DNA of 64,000 bases. Origin: an uncultured Tepidisphaerales bacterium (lineage in GTDB: Bacteria > Planctomycetota > Phycisphaerae > Tepidisphaerales > Tepidisphaeraceae). Positions 62,367 to 64,000 of this stretch are shown here, one piece after another. Every line of letters begins with the position of its first letter. The stretch's first letter is position 1. A model generated the notes under the pieces. The model worked only from the letters and a program-made list of their open reading frames with translations, was not told the DNA's origin and made no database searches. The position numbers and the translations under genes are program-made. The DNA is taken from the NCBI GenBank assembly GCA_964386435.1, contig CAYLSV010000002.1:21303-85302 (forward strand), in the 5' to 3' direction.

Positions 62367-63764
62367 ATGGACTACGCGCTCAAGCTCCAGGCCTCGCGCG
62401 GCAGCACGGCGCTCATGCTCCGGCTGCAGTGGGCGGGGGGCGTCGAGGCCGCCCAGCCCCTGCGGGCGCTACACCAATTGGAACCGTCATCCGACGCGAT
62501 TCCGCCCCTCTGGTCCGACGACCGGAACGTCCAGCTGGGCCCGAACCACGTTCTTCTCGTCGAGCCGACGAACCGCATGCTCTACTGGATCGGGGGCGGG
62601 CGGGGCAAACGCCTTACCACTCACGATGCAGTTCAGCACCTTCCGAAGTTTTCCTCCCCCGGCAGCGACGCGCTCACCCCAAGAGTTGCCTTGGCATCGG
62701 CGGAGCCGGGCGTCGGTAGCCTCATCGTCGTGCGGTTCCCCAGCAACGAGTACACGACGCAGTGGCACGCCGCCACCTTCTTCCGCCCACCCGAGGGAAC
62801 GGCCGCGGGCGATTGGGTATACATCGACGCACCGACTCATGCCTACACGGCGGGAGCCGTGCTTCCCGGTGGCGGGATCGCCCTCGGGGAGCAGCACGGC
62901 CGCGTCGTACTTCGGCGTGCCGACGGCGGTGGAGAAGATTGGTCATTGTCGCGACCGTTCGTGGGCGTGCCGGTGGTCGGCTTGCGGGCCTCGGGGAACC
63001 GCCTGTACGCCATCGCTGACGACGGGCGGGTGGCGGCGAGGCCACTGGGTGCGGAAGGTGATTGGGAGCTGGTCCGCGGTCGCGGTAGTGTGGTGATTAG
63101 CGCGGAGGCGTGCGGCGACGGCGCGTTGGCTGTGCTGACCGAGGCCGGGGAGCTGCTGGTCGTGGGCGAGGGCGAGTCCGAGGTCATCGCCCTTCCAGGG
63201 ACCCCGCCCGACGCAGTGCCCAAAGCTGTAATCCGCTGGGGTGGATCGCTGTTTGCCGTGGTAATTGAACAGGGTGACCTTCTCATGTACGAGATCGCCG
63301 ACGGGCCCGCCCGGCTCATGGGACGGGTCGACCTCAAGCGCCTCGGCCGCCGCCTCGGCCGCCGCCTCGGCCGCCGCCTCGGCCGCCGCCGCGACGAGGG
63401 CGTGCGGCTCGTGCCTTACTCGGACCGCCACGCGTTGGTGTTCGACGACACGAAGCTCACCACGCCCTCCCGGCACCAAGCGTCGCAGCTCGTGATCGAT
63501 CGCCAGGGCGAGGTCGTCGGCGAGTTCTCGATCGGGCAGCAGCTCGACAAGATCCTGGAGGCCGTCGGCATGGTCGAGTGGGGCGACGCAGTAGGGGAGG
63601 GCTTCGACCTGCCTGTCTTAAAGGAGTCGGAACGAGACAATGAGGGGTCGGGAGGGACAGTCAGGGCGGAAGAGGGGTCGGGAGTCATTGATTTAAGTAC
63701 CTCATCTTTCCGGCGGAATCAATGGCTCCCGCCGCTTCTCCGCCCCGGCTGCATCGGCTTTTGA
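62367..63764 (+). CDS. Hypothetical protein with beta-hairpin repeats and an (LGRR)4 tract
   Basis: Recurrent G.L(Y/F)A(I/V)..(D/E)G.(L/V) strand pairs suggest a propeller-like fold. The 3' end reads through the right inverted-repeat arm, so the true stop is uncertain. Confidence 0.5.
   Translation: MDYALKLQASRGSTALMLRLQWAGGVEAAQPLRALHQLEPSSDAIPPLWSDDRNVQLGPNHVLLVEPTNRMLYWIGGGRGKRLTTHDAVQHLPKFSSPGSDALTPRVALASAEPGVGSLIVVRFPSNEYTTQWHAATFFRPPEGTAAGDWVYIDAPTHAYTAGAVLPGGGIALGEQHGRVVLRRADGGGEDWSLSRPFVGVPVVGLRASGNRLYAIADDGRVAARPLGAEGDWELVRGRGSVVISAEACGDGALAVLTEAGELLVVGEGESEVIALPGTPPDAVPKAVIRWGGSLFAVVIEQGDLLMYEIADGPARLMGRVDLKRLGRRLGRRLGRRLGRRRDEGVRLVPYSDRHALVFDDTKLTTPSRHQASQLVIDRQGEVVGEFSIGQQLDKILEAVGMVEWGDAVGEGFDLPVLKESERDNEGSGGTVRAEEGSGVIDLSTSSFRRNQWLPPLLRPGCIGF
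63339..63386. repeat. Perfect 12-bp x4 tandem repeat inside a CDS
   Basis: CGCCTCGGCCGC x4 encodes (LGRR)4. Confidence 0.9.
63665..63690. repeat. Right arm of the 61851 inverted repeat
   Basis: GGCGGAAGAGGGGTCGGGAGTCATTG. A second degenerate copy, GAGGGGTCGGGAGGGACAGTCAGG, lies just upstream (63642-63665). Confidence 0.75.
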
Positions 63765-63846
63765 GGCGGGTGGGACGACACTTATCGTCGTGTTCCCGAG
63801 CGTCCCTCACGACACTGGATGTCGTGTCAAAGGAATTGAGTGACGC

Positions 63847-63948
63847 GCTTCCGGTCGCGGGTCACCTGCTTTCGGTCGCCGGTCACCTCTTTCCGGTCGT
63901 GGGTCGCCCATTTCCTGTTCTGGGTCACCTATTTCCTGGTCTGGGTGC
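63847..63948. repeat. Five degenerate tandem copies of a roughly 21-bp unit
   Basis: CTTCCGGTCGCGGGTCACCTG / CTTTCGGTCGCCGGTCACCT / CTTTCCGGTCGTGGGTCGCCCA / TTTCCTGTTCTGGGTCACCTA / TTTCCTGGTCTGGGTGCTGA. Runs toward the window edge. Confidence 0.75.
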
Positions 63949-64000
63949 TGATCTTCGTAGGCGCGGGCTTGTGTCGGGAGTCAATTTCCGGCGGTGGTGA

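Noticed and set aside
63722-64000. 92-aa ORF running to the window edge
   Set aside because: The translation (…LPVAGHLLSVAGHLFPVVGRPFPVLGHLFPGLG…) is simply the 21-bp tandem repeat read in frame.

Overview
High-G+C bacterial chromosomal segment. It probably comes from a Planctomycetota/PVC-type genome. That is an inference from a giant secreted protein with an N-terminal LEPRRLL motif and a C-terminal dockerin, an Hc1 histone-like protein, a SUI1 homologue and weak or absent Shine-Dalgarno sequences. All calls were made by eye from the six-frame track and the raw sequence; no searches were run. The window holds about 55 protein genes, one tRNA-Pro, and no rRNA or CRISPR array. Most genes are housekeeping: clpB, panB, ilvE, rplS, class-3 fbp, an HtrA protease, a FabZ-like dehydratase, a SirC-like dehydrogenase, and two back-to-back Opp/Dpp-like ABC importer gene sets without ATPase genes. 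Main observations: (1) A roughly 4-kb integrative island next to tRNA-Pro has both recombinases interrupted by single in-frame stop codons. (2) There are two type II toxin-antitoxin pairs, PemK/MazF directly upstream of clpB and VapBC; the PemK antitoxin is frame-broken at a G6 run. (3) There is a dense, multi-family population of intergenic structured repeats. These include GTAGCTGCGG-type double-hairpin elements, one of which has a perfect 9-bp target-site duplication and two of which donate stop codons to host genes. They also include a 31-nt perfect inverted-repeat family and long hairpins whose arms are built from tandem heptamer words. (4) A low-GC four-helix-bundle (23S-rRNA-IVS/Avd-like) gene, bracketed by 37-nt inverted repeats, sits between the binding-protein and permease genes of an ABC operon. 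A second inverted-repeat-bracketed two-gene cassette lies at 61.9-63.7 kb. (5) There is a 4,248-codon surface-protein gene (Calx-beta, RTX, beta-propeller-like, 2x P-domain, about 9 PKD-like WGDG modules, dockerin). (6) Unusual fusions are present: AcpS with a Maa-type acetyltransferase, and a DEDDh exonuclease with a WYL domain. No complete, recognisable defence system is visible. The repeat-bracketed cassettes and the heptad-hairpin architecture are the least explained features.
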